Under the pieces are notes generated by a model. That model was not told the origin of the DNA and ran no database searches. It saw only the letters and a program-made list of their open reading frames with translations. DNA of 64,000 nt, from assembly GCA_043228905.1 (NCBI GenBank), contig JBHGNT010000015.1, forward strand, positions 4,402,001 through 4,466,000, in the 5' to 3' direction. The first letter of the stretch is position 1, and each line of letters begins with the position of its first letter. The position numbers were made by a program, and so were the translations under genes. The stretch comes from Azolla caroliniana (Eukaryota > Plantae > Polypodiophyta). Positions 26,901-39,429 of the stretch are shown one piece after another.

Positions 26901-29900
26901 ACAGGAAGTCTCTGTGTGTCGATTCGGGTGCCGCATCATTAGCTCCTTCGACATAACTCCAGTAGTCGTGCCCGAGCAGGTACTGGTGCATCTTGTAGGA
27001 CCAAGATGCGTAGTTGGTTCTGTCGAGCTTCTCTGTTGGAAGCGAGCTGGCCATGCCTCTATCCATCGTTCTTCTTGTTCTTCTTCGTCAAGCTGTGTCG
27101 GCTGCAAAGAGGTTCTCAACCCTCGCGCTCTAATACCATGTGAAAAGTAGCATGCGGAAGCAAGTATTAAGACCGAACAAAAGGAAGAAAACTCAGGTTT
27201 AATGGAGAGCTTGAGCTTACGCAGTATACGCGGGAGAGACAGAGAGAGAGTGAGAGAGAGAAGGCACAAGAAGTATATTCAACACTCTATTCACCACACT
27301 ATACATATGTGTGTTCAATGAACACTTTTATACAAGTCCTAGAAGGACTGACAGAAGTACTGACAGTACTTCAATGCTCATTTAGAGCTCCTACACTAAC
27401 TCCCAAATATATTCCTCACGGAATATCTTTCCTAACGGCCTCCCGGTTTACGCATCGATCCGGCCCTACCTACGCACCGGTCTGCGTACCAATTTACGCA
27501 CTCGGCCTAACCGAGCGGTCCCAACCGATCCAGTCCTCGGCTTCTTCAGCCGATCTGGCCGATGTTGAGCTTGTCTCTCAACATCTTTGCACGTGAACCA
27601 TCTCCTCGGTTCCATGCGCGGGGAGAGCACGACAGAGTCTCCATTACTCGTGGGTTCTTCATCCGACCGGTCATCCCGACTCAGCTGCTCATTCGATCCA
27701 CTTAACCGAAATGAGATCGGACTCTCTTCTAGAGTGCCGATGTCTTCATCTTCTATCTGGACTGGTTCAGGCTCACTAGCCTCATCCTCCGGTATCGGGT
27801 TGGGGTCGGAAGTCGGAGCCAGTAAGGCATACCATGATGCCGTCTCATCAAACTCAACATCCCGGCTAACTCAGACCTACTTCATCCGGGGGTTATAACA
27901 CTTATACCCCTTTTGCTCATGCAAGTAACCGACCAGGATGCATTTCTCAGACTTTGCATCCAACTTCCTCCGCTTCTCATCCAGCACATGCACATATGCA
28001 ATGCTACCGAATATCCGAAGGTGTCTCAAATTCAGCTTGCATCCGAAATACAGCTCATGCGTAGACACCTTGTCACCGATCCGGTTTTGGATATAGACGA
28101 CCGTCCGAACTGCCTCCACCCAGTAGAAATCGGGCATGCTCTTCTCCTCCAGCATTGCCCTTGCAACGTCGACAATCAACCGGTTCTTCCTTTCGGCCAC
28201 ACCGTTTTGCTCCGGTTGTATCTGTAGCTGAACTCTCTCCGAATTCCTTTTTGCTGCAGATAATTGTTAAATTGGCCGGAAAAATATTCTTTTCTGCCAT
28301 CCGACCACAAGCACTTGATCTTCCTCTCCGTTTCTCGTTTAACCAGGTTTTGCAGGTTCCGAAAACACTCGAAGACTTCGCTCTTTTGCTCAATGAGGTA
28401 GATCCATGTGTGTTGGCTATAGTCGTCGATGAAGGAGACGAAATACCGACTCCCGCCAAGACTAACGTTCTGTGTCGGTCCCCATACATCCGAATGAATA
28501 AGGTGGAGCTTGTTACGACTACGGTTTCGTTTGGTGGGGAATGGGAGCCGGTGCTGCTTCCCGAGTTGGCAAGCTTCACATATTTGGGCCTTCCGGCCAC
28601 TAAACTTCGGCAAACCAAAAACAACTTGTTTCATTTGCAGGTCTTGAAGCCTTTGGTAATTGACGTGGCCGATCCGCTTGTGCCAGAGATCGATGTCCGA
28701 TTCAATCTTCTGTCCTTTGGCGAACAAAGCGGTGCTGACGTCAATGGTGTCGAGGATGAACATCCTCCCGTCTCTGCGCCCTTGTGCAATAATCTGGCCC
28801 TCTTCCTTGATGAAGCACCCAAGGTGCGTAAACTGCACCTGCATCCCCTGGTCAACAATCTGACCGACTAACACCAGGTTCTTCGTGATAGTCGGAACGT
28901 GTAATACGTTCATCAGCTTCCCCCTCTGTCCGACATGGCTCAAAGGGACTTCTCCAACATGCACGATTGGGTGAGGAGCGTCATCTCCTGTTTAGACGAC
29001 TCCCGGTTGTTCCGGTTTCTCCAAGAAGGAGAACCACTCTTTGTGGCTCGTCATGTGATTCGACGCATCGGAATCAACGTACCACACTTCCTCCAATTTG
29101 GAAGTGGTCTTCTTCATCGAGTTAGCCTCGTGTTTCATCACCAAGGTTGGCCCTTTACCGGCTTTTCCGGTTTTGGATCCTCCGGATTCTTCTGCGTAGT
29201 GCGAGTATTATCAATTCTCCCTACCGGCCTTGCCGGATCCGGATCTGTCCGAATCGGCGCTCTTCTTCCAGCACTCACTTTCTTTGTGGCCTTTTTTACC
29301 ATAGTACCAGCATTCCATGTCGTCCTTTGCTTGCCGGCCTCTAGCGCCGCCTTGACTCCCCCTGCTTGTGGAGGGTCCGGAACTACTGTCGGCACGTTCT
29401 CTGTGCCTTCAGTCCTGCTCTTGCTGGCCGCTACCATTGCGAGCCGACCCGCCTCGTCCACCACGCCCACGGGGCCAATCCACCTCCTTTTACAGCATCC
29501 AGTTGTCGGTGGGTGCACTTGTTGATGCACCGGCGTGGTTCTCCTCTACAAGGAGCATCGATTGTAAGTTGAAAAATGACGGGATATTCTCCCTCGTACA
29601 GACCGCCATTCGGAAAGCTCTGAACTTGGATGCTAGCCCACCAAGGCACACTTGCACCATCTCGTCCTCCTCGACGTTCACATTGATGGAAGCGAGTGAG
29701 TCACAGATTTCCTTGATTCAGGCCATGTAATCGGCCACAAACAGGTTTTTCTGTCGAACATTGTTGAGCTCTTGACTGAGCTGCAACTTCCTAGCCATTA
29801 TGCTTGCGGCGAAAACCTTCTTCAGGTTTCCCTAAGCTTCTTTTGGCTTCTTGGCATCTCGGATATGGCTTAGCAGCTGGTCTCCGACACTGGACACAAA

Positions 29901-31500
29901 GTAGTACATCACTTTGCTTATCGCTTGTTCCCACACTAGGAAGTCCTTATGTGCCGCATCAGGTGTTGTGTTGTTAGCTCCGTCGACATAGCTCCAGTAC
30001 CCATGCCCAAGCAGGTATTGGTGCATCTTGTATGACCAAGATCTGTAGTTGGATCTGTCGAGCTTCTCCACCGGGAGCAAGCTAGCCATTCCACTATCCA
30101 TTACTTCTCTTTCTGTTCTTATCGGGTCTTTAGATGCTAATGTCCGCTGCAAAGGTTCTTAACCCTCACGCTCTAATACCATGTAAAAGAATAGCGTGCG
30201 GAAGCAATAGAAAAACGAACACAGAAACGCGGGTTTAATGGAGAGCTTAGAATATACACAATACGTGGGAGAGAGAGAGAGAGAGAGAGCGCACAAACTC
30301 AATTCAAAAAATAGTCAATCTATACATCATATGTGTTCATTGAACACTTTTATACAAGTCCATACGGACTGACAAAAGTATGGTGTACTTCAATGCTCAC
30401 ACGATCGTCTACCACTAACTACAAGATATTAACTCTCTAGTAGTCTAGTTGCTACTTCGCTTCCGGTTACTGCTTGATCTGGCTAACCGGCTCACCGATC
30501 CGGCTCATCCTTCTGGATGCCGATCCGGATCCAGTTGAGCTTGCCACTCAACAAGAATGAAACCACCAAAGGGTGTGAAGCCAATCGGATGCAGGTGGGT
30601 GTACAAGGTCAAGTACAAAATTGACAGCTCGATCAACCGATACAAGGCCCGGTTAGTAGCGAAAGGCTACGCGCAGCAACACAACATCGACTACGACGAG
30701 ACCTTCGCACATGTCGCGAAGATGACCACCGTGCATGTTCTACTAGCCGTAGCAGCGGCTAAGGGGTGGCACTTACATCAGATGCAGGCAAAGAATGCGT
30801 TCCTGGAAGGTGAGCTTGAGGAACAGGTGTACATGGTACATCCCCCTGGATTTCACTCCGGAACGAACACTTCGGCGGTGTGCCGATTGCGGAAGTTCCT
30901 TTACAGACTAAAGCAAGGCCCACGTGCCTGGAACACGAAGATCACACAATGATTGCGTCGGATGGGCTTTGCGACGTCAAAATCGGACTCCTCACTGTTC
31001 ATCTGAAAAGGTCGACTCGGGCCGGTTAGCATTTTACTTTATGTTGATGACTTGGTCATCACCGGCGCCGACCTAGGTGAAATTGACTACGTCAACCTCC
31101 AGCTTGCGGCATCGTTCGACATGAAGGATCTGGGGAACCTTCATTACTTCCTCGGGATCGAAGTGATCCACACCCCCGAAGGCATACTGATCAGCCAACG
31201 GCATTACGTGTTGAGTATGATCTTCAAATTCAGGATGGCCGACTATAAGTCCGTCTCGACTCCTCTGGATAAAACTGTCAACCTTCGCCCCGATTCCGGA
31301 AAGGTATGCAACCCAACGAGGTTCCGACAGATAGTCAGAAGCCTTATATATTTGACAATCACCCGACCCGACCTCAGTTACCTGGTCGGGGTGATTAGTT
31401 AGTTCATGGCACGACCTACCGAGGAGCATCTTCAGTGTGTGCAATGCGTACTGCGGTACGTCAACTGCACTAAGGACCGGGGGCTACAATATCGGACCGG

Positions 31501-32394
31501 TGTCGTGCCTGACAACTCCGGATCGTTGCGTGAGCTGGGTGGGAACCGCTGGGGTTTTGGACTAGGAGAAAAGAAAATTCTAAGGCAATTAAGAATATGA
31601 AATATATTGTAAGAAAGAAAGATATGAAAAACTCGTGAATCCCATGAGTATAGTGTATTAGTGAGTACTCAAATTAAGAGAGAAAAATAGTTAGCAAACT
31701 TGTGGATCCCACAATTATATTATATTAATCAACCCTTGTAAAATAATTAACAACCTCTATACATCTTTCTCTCTTCCTTATATAGTGTTGGAAGAGTCTA
31801 AGTTTATTACATGCAAGCATCATGCTTTTCCTATCTTTAGTTTTCATGCACACTGCATGTGCATGATTAGCTTTCTATCTCATCTTTTCTTTTTAACTCG
31901 AGTGTCTATGCATGAATAACTTTTTGTACCATGCATGTCTAGAATATTTACATGGGATAAAGTTTAGTATAACTTTAAACTTCATAATACGCTAGTATAA
32001 TGATAAGGCTTAACATTATTAACATGGAGGTGCAAGGTTCGAATCTTGCCCTATGCATGTAATATATAATTTTATACTTTCTTCTATTTACAAATATGTC
32101 TCTTCATTTGGTGAGAGACTCTCACCAGCCTTCTTCATCCAGCTCTTGCCGGTTCTGCTTCATCCGGTTCTTGCCGGTTTTCTTTATCTGGTTCTTACCG
32201 GATCCCTCTTACCGGTCCTCTTCGTCCGTTTCTCACCGACTCTCACCGGCCTTCTTCATCCGGCTCTTGTCGGTCTCCTTACCGGTTTCGGTCCTCACCG
32301 GTTCTTTCTTCTAGTTCTCACTGGGTACTCCATATCCTATCCGGAGAAACCAAAAATGTAATTTTTCACGTAGTGTGCAAATTACACTACGACA
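31501..32394 (-). mobile_element. Solo LTR of the Trp-primed gypsy family, inserted in copia C RT/RNase H
   Basis: TGTCGT...ACGACA termini. Flanks ACCGG / CGG. U5 motif CTAGTCCAAAACCCCAGCGGTTCCC resembles those of LTRs 16319 and 59330. Confidence 0.75.
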
Positions 32395-33690
32395 CGGTAC
32401 AACCCCACTTTTGGTCGGCTACACCGATGCCGACTGGGCCTGCAACGTCAGCGATCACCGATCCACGTCCGGTTTTGCGTTCTCTCTTGGGAGTGCCACG
32501 ATCGCGTGGAGTAGCAAGAAGCAGCTGACAATTGCACTGTCAAGCACCGAAGCCGAGTATAGAGGAGCAATTGTCGCGACATGTGAAGCCATATGGTTGA
32601 AGCGGCTACTTAAGGATCTGCAGGTGGAGGTATCCAATCCAATGACAATCTACTGCGACAACCTCATCAGCATCGAGCTCGCAAAAAACCCCATCATCCA
32701 AGCCCGAACTAAGCACATTGAGGTGCACTACCATTTCACCCGTGAGCGTATCCTCTCCGGTGAAGTCGAACTTCAGTATGTTCCGACCGATCGGTAGACC
32801 GCCGACGTCTTCCCCAAGCCTCTTGGTCTGGACAAGTTGCGGCAATTCTCGGGTGCGCTTGGGTTGCATCACCTCGACATGCCGCACTTGAGGGGGAGAG
32901 ACATCCCGAATGACCACAGAAGAGGGAGAGAAGTTTCAGAAGACCGCGACGCCGAGTCGGATGACGAATTCGATTTCAGATCGGCTGAAGAAGCCGAGGG
33001 TGGATGTGGGGGAGACAAAGCCATCAAGGGTGGGAAGACCGAAGACGAGTTGGAGATAGCCAACTTGGACGAGAGCGAAAACCGATCGGAGGAAGCCGAG
33101 TCGGTTCGGATGTTTGATTCGGATACGCCGAATCAACTCAGGGCCAAGCGAAAGAGAGGGCAACAGAAGAAGTGTCAGCACCGCAACAACAACGGAGCTG
33201 AGAATGGCCGCACGGGCACGCAAGCCGACCAGAAGGGACGAGGTGCGCCGAATCGAATAGGTCGAGGAGCGCGAGCAAGGTGTGAAGCCAGAAGGAACCG
33301 AAGCGTACATCCAGAAGAGTAGATGGAACCTCAAGTTGAGCTTGAGGGGGAGTGTTGAGATACAAGCTCAACATTGGCCGGATCGACTGTGCAAGCCGAG
33401 AACCGGATCGGTTGGGACCGATCAGTTAGGCCGGACCGGTGCGTAAAACAGGTGGGTAAACTGGTACGCAAACCGGTGCGTGACGAGAAGTCGTAGTGGT
33501 GCGTAAACCGTGAGGCCATTGGAAAGATATTGTACGTAGGAATATATTTTGGGAGTTAGTGTAGATCTCAGTTATGAGCATTGAAGTACGTGTCAGTACT
33601 TCTGTCAGTCCGTATGGCCTTGTATAAAAGTGCTCACTGAGCACATCCTATGTACAGATTGCGTATTATTTTGAATTGAATTTTTGTGTG

Positions 33691-33692
<2 letters not shown>

Positions 33693-33737
<45 letters not shown>
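33693..33737. repeat. (CT)n microsatellite expanded within the 3' LTR of C
   Basis: Much longer than the matching tract in the 5' LTR (about 11313-11334). Confidence 0.9.
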
Positions 33738-33739
<2 letters not shown>

Positions 33740-34344
33740 GCGTATTATGTATATTCAAGCTCTCCATTAAACCTGCGTATTTTCTATGCTCGGTTTTCTA
33801 CTTGCTTCCGCACACTATTCTTTTTACAGATTCATTAGCACATGACCATTTCTTTGAAGCCATGAAATTACAAGTCATTAATCAACATGATATTGACATG
33901 GAATTGGAGGAAGAACAAACCTCTTTTAGGCAAGCAATAATAGTCCCTAAATGGTTGATTATCACCATTATGGACAGGAAACTCACATCTCCTCTTCAAG
34001 GTAAAACCTGAAAAAGTAATTAACAAGTTGAAATTATCACCATTATTGGCATCATGCTCTTATTGCTGAAATTTGTGAGTTCTAGACCGTGAGGTCAATA
34101 CAAGGAGTGCGAACGGTATACAATCGGTGGGTGAATGTGAGATTAAGAGTGAGAATTATAGAGAGAGAGAGGGATATGTACAAAGTTTAGAGAGAGAGAA
34201 ATAGACTAAAAACTAATTCATATTAAGAAACTTAAAAAGTAATACAAAGAAATGGTCGATGTGGCAAACTAGTTTCGCTCCTATGGAGCTCATCAGTGCA
34301 CATGACCATATAGAATTGGAGGTGTTTATATAGGGAAGATAAGG

Positions 34345-34407
34345 GATGAGAGAGTGTGTGTGTGTGTGTGTGTGTGTGGGAGAGAGAGAGAGAGAGAGAG
34401 AAAGAGA

Positions 34408-34444
<37 letters not shown>

Positions 34445-34850
34445 TGTGTGTGTGTGTGTGTTCAAATTTGATGATGTAGGAGATATGGGGTTTGATATAT
34501 TTGGTGTGGGATAGAAGATTTTATGGGCTTATTTGAAAAACATGTAGGGGAGTGTGAGAGAGAAAGAGAGGAAGGGTAGGAGGGAAGTGTGTGAGGTGGG
34601 AGTTAGGGATGGTGAAGTATGTTAGATTGTATGGAGATCTTTGAAAAAAGGAGGGGGTAGGAAGAATTGGAGGGTAGATTGGAAATTAAAGTGGAGGAGG
34701 AAAGGGTAGAGTGAGATTAAGAAGAATGAAAGGGGGAGGGGTACGAGAAAATTACTAAAAGAGGGAGGGGTATGAATGTAATTCAAGAAAAAAGGAAGGG
34801 GGAAAGGGGTAGATTGAAATTAGTGAACAAGACAGGGGTAGAGTAAATTA
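34345..34850. repeat. Compound (GA)n/(GT)n microsatellite followed by a purine-rich low-complexity tract
   Basis: Seen directly in the sequence. Confidence 0.85.
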
Positions 34851-34934
34851 ACAAAGTGGGAATGAAGTGAAAAGACCATATCCCCATGTAATTTCTTTTT
34901 CAATCTTAATGATAATCAGTAATAGCTTTGCTCT

Positions 34935-34969
<35 letters not shown>

Positions 34970-35029
34970 GCTCTCCAAGCCGTGCACCGATGATACACCA
35001 TTCACACTCCTTGTTGACGATCGTATGAT

Positions 35030-35547
35030 CAACAAAACCGATCAGAGGAAGCCAAGTTGGTTCGGATGTTTGATTCAGATATGCCGAATCAACTAAGGGC
35101 CAAGCGGAAGAGAGGGCAGTAGAAGAAGCGCCAATACCGCAATAGCAACGGAGCTGAGAAGGGCCGCACGGGCACGAAAGCCGACCAAAAGGGACAAGGT
35201 GCGCCGAATCGAACAGGTCGAGGAGCGCGAGCAAGGTGTGAAGCCAGAAGGAACCGAAGCGTAGATCCAGAAGAGCAGATGGAACCTCAAGTTGAGCTTG
35301 AGGGGGAGTGTTGAGATACAAGCTCAACATTGGCCGGATCGGCTGTGCAAGCCGAGAACCGGATCGGTTGGGACCGATCGGTTAGGCCAGACCGGTGCGT
35401 AAAACGGGTGGGTAAACCGGTGCGTAACGAGAAGCCGTAGCGATGCGTAAACTGTGAGGCCGTTGGAAAGATATTACGCGTAGGAATATATTTTGGGAGT
35501 TAGTGTAGATCTCAGTTATGAGCATTGAAGTACGTGTCAGTACTTCT
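35030..35547 (+). mobile_element. Truncated fragment of copia C (3' extension, PPT, partial LTR from 35309)
   Basis: Closely matches about 33075-33601. Confidence 0.85.
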
Positions 35548-35707
35548 TGATGATAATAATGATGCATTGTTGTCAACAACTAAATCTTTGCGATTGCCCC
35601 CGATGGAAGTCTTTATGGAAAGAATTAGAGTTGTTATCGTCCATAAGGAGGCTAATTTTGACCTATGGGACTAGAATATACATGTGTTCTTGATATGTGT
35701 CTCCTTC

Positions 35708-36031
35708 CTAAGAAGGGGTATTCATACATTGAAGCCCAAAGTCTCTATGCGTGAATAAAGCATACACATATGAGCTCAACCTTCTCGGTGGTGTCTTAAG
35801 TATGGCACTTAAGTTATCACTCCCTCTTGGTATGTCAGGATATCTTGAACAAATTGCCTTATATGTTGAGCATGTGAAGAGCAAGTGACATTCATCCTCT
35901 ACCATGCCTTCATTGCATAGTTTCCATGTCTTCAAATTAGTTACATTTTGATACAATGATGCAACTTCAATACCTAACTTGTGAGATCGAGTGCGAAGTA
36001 GGGTAAGGGCTCTACGAGCATTACTACTCAT
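35708..36031 (-). pseudogene. LINE ORF2 C-terminal relic
   Basis: LLRTRSHKLGIE...LCNEGMVEDECHLLFTC matches the CCHC-type tail of non-LTR retrotransposon ORF2. Confidence 0.7.
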
Positions 36032-36960
36032 ATTGGTAATCAGTGTAAGGGCTCTAAGAGAACCTACTTAGGATGATCAGTGTTCAATTTGCAACAAAGA
36101 GTCACTTGGACTAATAATATAGATGAACTAAGTATTGAAAAAGGCCCTAAATATAATGAAAATAGAAAAATGACTCTTTGCATCATTCAAAGGAAATACC
36201 CTAGTGGATGCATTCATACTTGTTAATGCTCAAAATTATCTAGGTTTCATATTTTTTATGGAATATTAGTTATATATGGGTTCTTTCACCCTTATTTTTA
36301 TTTTTTAAGGCATTAAGACACTTGTTATCTATATCTATAACTCGTTATCATTTTATTGGGTTTACTTTAAAGCATCGTATATTCTATGAATTCATGTAAA
36401 GCATGGATCACATAATTTCGAAAGTATATAAAATTTCAAGAAATGTTGTTGGTAAGTATGATTCAAGTCAAGAACAAGCCCCATCTATTCGTGATACGAG
36501 TACGGATAGGTCTGATGAAACACCTTTGTAGCCTTGTATGGGGAATGAGAAGTAAATGTCAATTATAAGCGAATTCATCTATGTAATATTTGTTGAACAT
36601 CTTTGTAAATTTTCTAATTATTTCATTTGGACATTCTATGCTGAATACAACTCTACAAAATGTACATTTATACGGGAATTCATCTAGAAATAAATTTACA
36701 TTCTACTTTCAATTTTGCATTTGGTCGCAAGCATAGGAGTATAGTCAAAAGGTTAACAATATGCCAAATCAAGGAGTATGAAAATTTGTGAGGGATGTAG
36801 AGAATGCAAGATACAAAAACCTAATAAGAGAGAAATCCTAGACACACCTTAGACACTTACTAACCCTAAGGTAAAACCCTTAGAATGCATCAAATTCTCG
36901 TTCACGAGTTAGGCATTGAGGTGGTGCCATGGCCATGTGTTTTGGCCAGAAGAAAGAAAA

Positions 36961-36992
36961 CACGTGGAGTGTGTCGTGCGGACACACGTGTC
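36961..36992 (+). promoter_or_regulatory. Paired G-box/ABRE motifs upstream of the B3 gene
   Basis: CACGTGG at 36961 and CACGTGTC at 36985, about 360-390 bp before the ATG. Confidence 0.45.
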
Positions 36993-37350
36993 AAGCAATG
37001 AATGGGTCACGACGCCAACGTGGTCTTTCCCATTTCACATTGTCTTGACGATTAAATCTCAAATGGCAGCAAGAACGCAAAAACGCAAGCAGAAAAGAAA
37101 AAGCAGAGGATTTGCGTTTTTTTCTTGAGAAATTGCGTTTTCTTTGAAGCCCTTTGGTTGTCTGCCATTCACGTTTTTGCGTTTTCATCGACTGTATATC
37201 AGCGACGTAGGTGCAGGACGAAAAGCTTCATATCCTCATTCATTTCATTCTTCTGATTCACAGGCAAAACAAAATTAACAAATCCGATCAAGCAACAGCT
37301 ACAGCTGAAATCAGTAGTTTCTTGGCTCTGATTTTCTTTGATTCGCAGAT

Positions 37351-38265
37351 ATGATGAAGGCGAGAATACTGAGGATGATGAAAATAGATGAAGAGCTAGC
37401 ATTACTCAGAGAAGCCAGCGACACTAGTAGTCATCCTGCAGCCCTCCATCTGTTCCCTCTTTCCCCTGATTTGGGTCATCCTCCTCATGATGATGCTAAT
37501 CACCATGATCCTCATCCTCATAATAATAAGCCCACAGATAATCATCCTCATCATGCTAGACTTGATGGTCATGATGATGATCATCACAAGACGATCAATC
37601 TCCATCTGAGCCCAAATAATGATATGATGGTTAATTACAATCTCCCCAGCTTGCATCATATTCATCATCAGAGAATATATAGTCCCATCCACACTATTCC
37701 AAGCGCACTTAACCACTCTAACATCAAAACCCATATGCCCCATAAAACCACTGTGAAGCATAATCATCGACTATCATCTTCTTCGAGGAGCATCGCAAAG
37801 AAGCAGGATCGCACACTCGTCGTCAATCGCGTTCACACTAATCCTTCACGTAACACGCTTAATGTCATGATGACCAACCCGGTGAATGCAATCGAGCAGC
37901 TCTCTCGCGAGGGGCGGCAGCTGCACGAAGTGTTTAGAAAGAAACTCACATCCAGCGATGTGTCATGCCAACAAGATCGGCTGCTTATGGCCAAGGAGTG
38001 GAGAGGGTGCCTGGGGAAGCATAACACTCCATCCCCGGAGAATCGAGACGTGAAAGTCGACATGTGGGACGAGAGTGACGGTCGCAAGTATTCGTTCATC
38101 CATGGCCTATGGACATCTAATGGATCGTATGTCCTCAAAGGCAAATGGAGATCTTTTTGTGACTTCAAGTGTCTGAATGCGGGTGATACAATTGTCATCT
38201 CCATGGATGATAGCGATGGGACCATATGGATCCGACAAGAGCGTGCCACGATCCAACGGACATGA
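37351..38265 (+). CDS. B3 DNA-binding domain protein, intronless, with His-rich N-terminus
   Basis: The C-terminal FRKKLTSSDVSCQQDRLLM...GSYVLKGKWRSF...LNAGDTIVI is a B3 signature. Uninterrupted 304-aa ORF in non-repetitive DNA. Confidence 0.85.
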   Translation: MMKARILRMMKIDEELALLREASDTSSHPAALHLFPLSPDLGHPPHDDANHHDPHPHNNKPTDNHPHHARLDGHDDDHHKTINLHLSPNNDMMVNYNLPSLHHIHHQRIYSPIHTIPSALNHSNIKTHMPHKTTVKHNHRLSSSSRSIAKKQDRTLVVNRVHTNPSRNTLNVMMTNPVNAIEQLSREGRQLHEVFRKKLTSSDVSCQQDRLLMAKEWRGCLGKHNTPSPENRDVKVDMWDESDGRKYSFIHGLWTSNGSYVLKGKWRSFCDFKCLNAGDTIVISMDDSDGTIWIRQERATIQRT

Positions 38266-38723
38266 TTATCCAACACATCATCGATGGATAGTTTTATAGG
38301 CATCCTCCAAATCAGTTGGATATATATACACTGTCATTGTAATTAGAAATCAGCCCTTTTAATGTAATTTTGAAGTAAAGGTTATATATTTGAAGATCAT
38401 TACCTTGTGAGCCAATGAGTGTGGATGTTATAAGTGAGCTAATTGTTTTCTCAAGGCTTTCTATGTGCTAAGTGCACTATTGTAGGAAATTTAAAGAAGA
38501 ATTCAAAGAAAATGGGATACTAAGAGGAACCCATCATTGTCAATATATTTTCTTGTTTTAAATGATGTCTATTATTAATCATAGTGATGATGTCTTTGTA
38601 TCACTTGCTTTGTAACTAAGGACAAATATGCCCTTGTCCACAGTACCAATGCACAACACCAATTTCCTAATGAGTCTTTTGCATGTTCCAAAGGATTGGC
38701 TAATAGAAGAGCTTTTAGGCCAC

Positions 38724-38775
<52 letters not shown>

Positions 38776-39429
38776 GAGTTAGGACTAAATATCACGTAAC
38801 ACTCTCTCATAAACCAATTGAGGTAGTTCGAACACATGTATATCTTGAAGCTAAAGATAAACTAACAAGAGGATATGCATCCCTCTCACTCTTAGAGAGA
38901 AAATGCCACCAGACATACTTTCATGAGACACGAACTAAGGGGTGGCCCTTCAACTCATTAGTGACCCCTTCTATTAGAGACATAGACTAATGTAAGCATG
39001 AGATAAGGATAGAAAATAGATAAATAGATAGAAAGGAGCGAGAGAAAGAAGGGTGCCGATCCACCCGACCACGCCCGAGTGAAGGGATCGAGACGGACTC
39101 GAGCCTCGATCGGCGTCCCATACCACCGCCGTGGCGTCGAGTCGTACCTAGTGCTGGCACGCTCACTACAAGAGTTGACCCACCACAAGACAGAGTCTCG
39201 ACATAGTCAACAAGATGATGAAATGAGGGTAGCTAGGCCTCTTATTTATAGCGATACCCAAGGCCCCCAGCCAAGTTCACACTTGGCCTAATGGGTTGTC
39301 TCAATCCCGAGGATTAAAAGTAATCCTCCCCTTCTTTACACTCTCATTTAACCCTCACACTTATCCACATGTACAGAATACTACGGTAAATTCTCACCAC
39401 AAGATATTATATGGTCATGCCCGTAACAT

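Larger units (their letters stand above)
15924..27583 (-). mobile_element. Ty1/copia family C-related element nested in D; RT/RNase H region missing, gypsy element in its place
   Basis: 5' LTR 27139-27583. PBS 27127-27138. gag-protease-integrase 24573-27066. Partial 3' LTR 15924-16318. Perfect TSD TCTTT (15919-15923 / 27584-27588). Confidence 0.9.
12646..30553 (-). mobile_element. Ty1/copia family D element nested in C; 3' LTR truncated, RT core deleted
   Basis: 5' LTR 30182-30553. PBS 30170-30181. gag/protease/integrase 27584-30100. RT/RNase H pieces 14834-15923 and 12911-13743. PPT about 12911-12920. Partial 3' LTR 12646-12910. Confidence 0.85.
10974..33828 (+). mobile_element. Ty1/copia family C element, outermost shell of a four-level nest, internally deleted
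   Basis: LTRs 10974-11425 and 33353-33828. PBS-iMet 11426-11437. PPT 33344-33352. gag fused to integrase by a deletion (11509-12114). RT/RNase H at 30554-32900. Degenerate TSD GATGT/GATTC. Confidence 0.85.

Noticed and set aside
12641-30558. CGAAT/AGAAT as the TSD of element D
   Set aside because: The left LTR is truncated and host sequence is missing, so this is a deletion junction and the match is probably coincidental.
34540-34850. G-quadruplex or regulatory element in the purine-rich tract
   Set aside because: The G-runs are irregular and cannot be told apart from low-complexity DNA.
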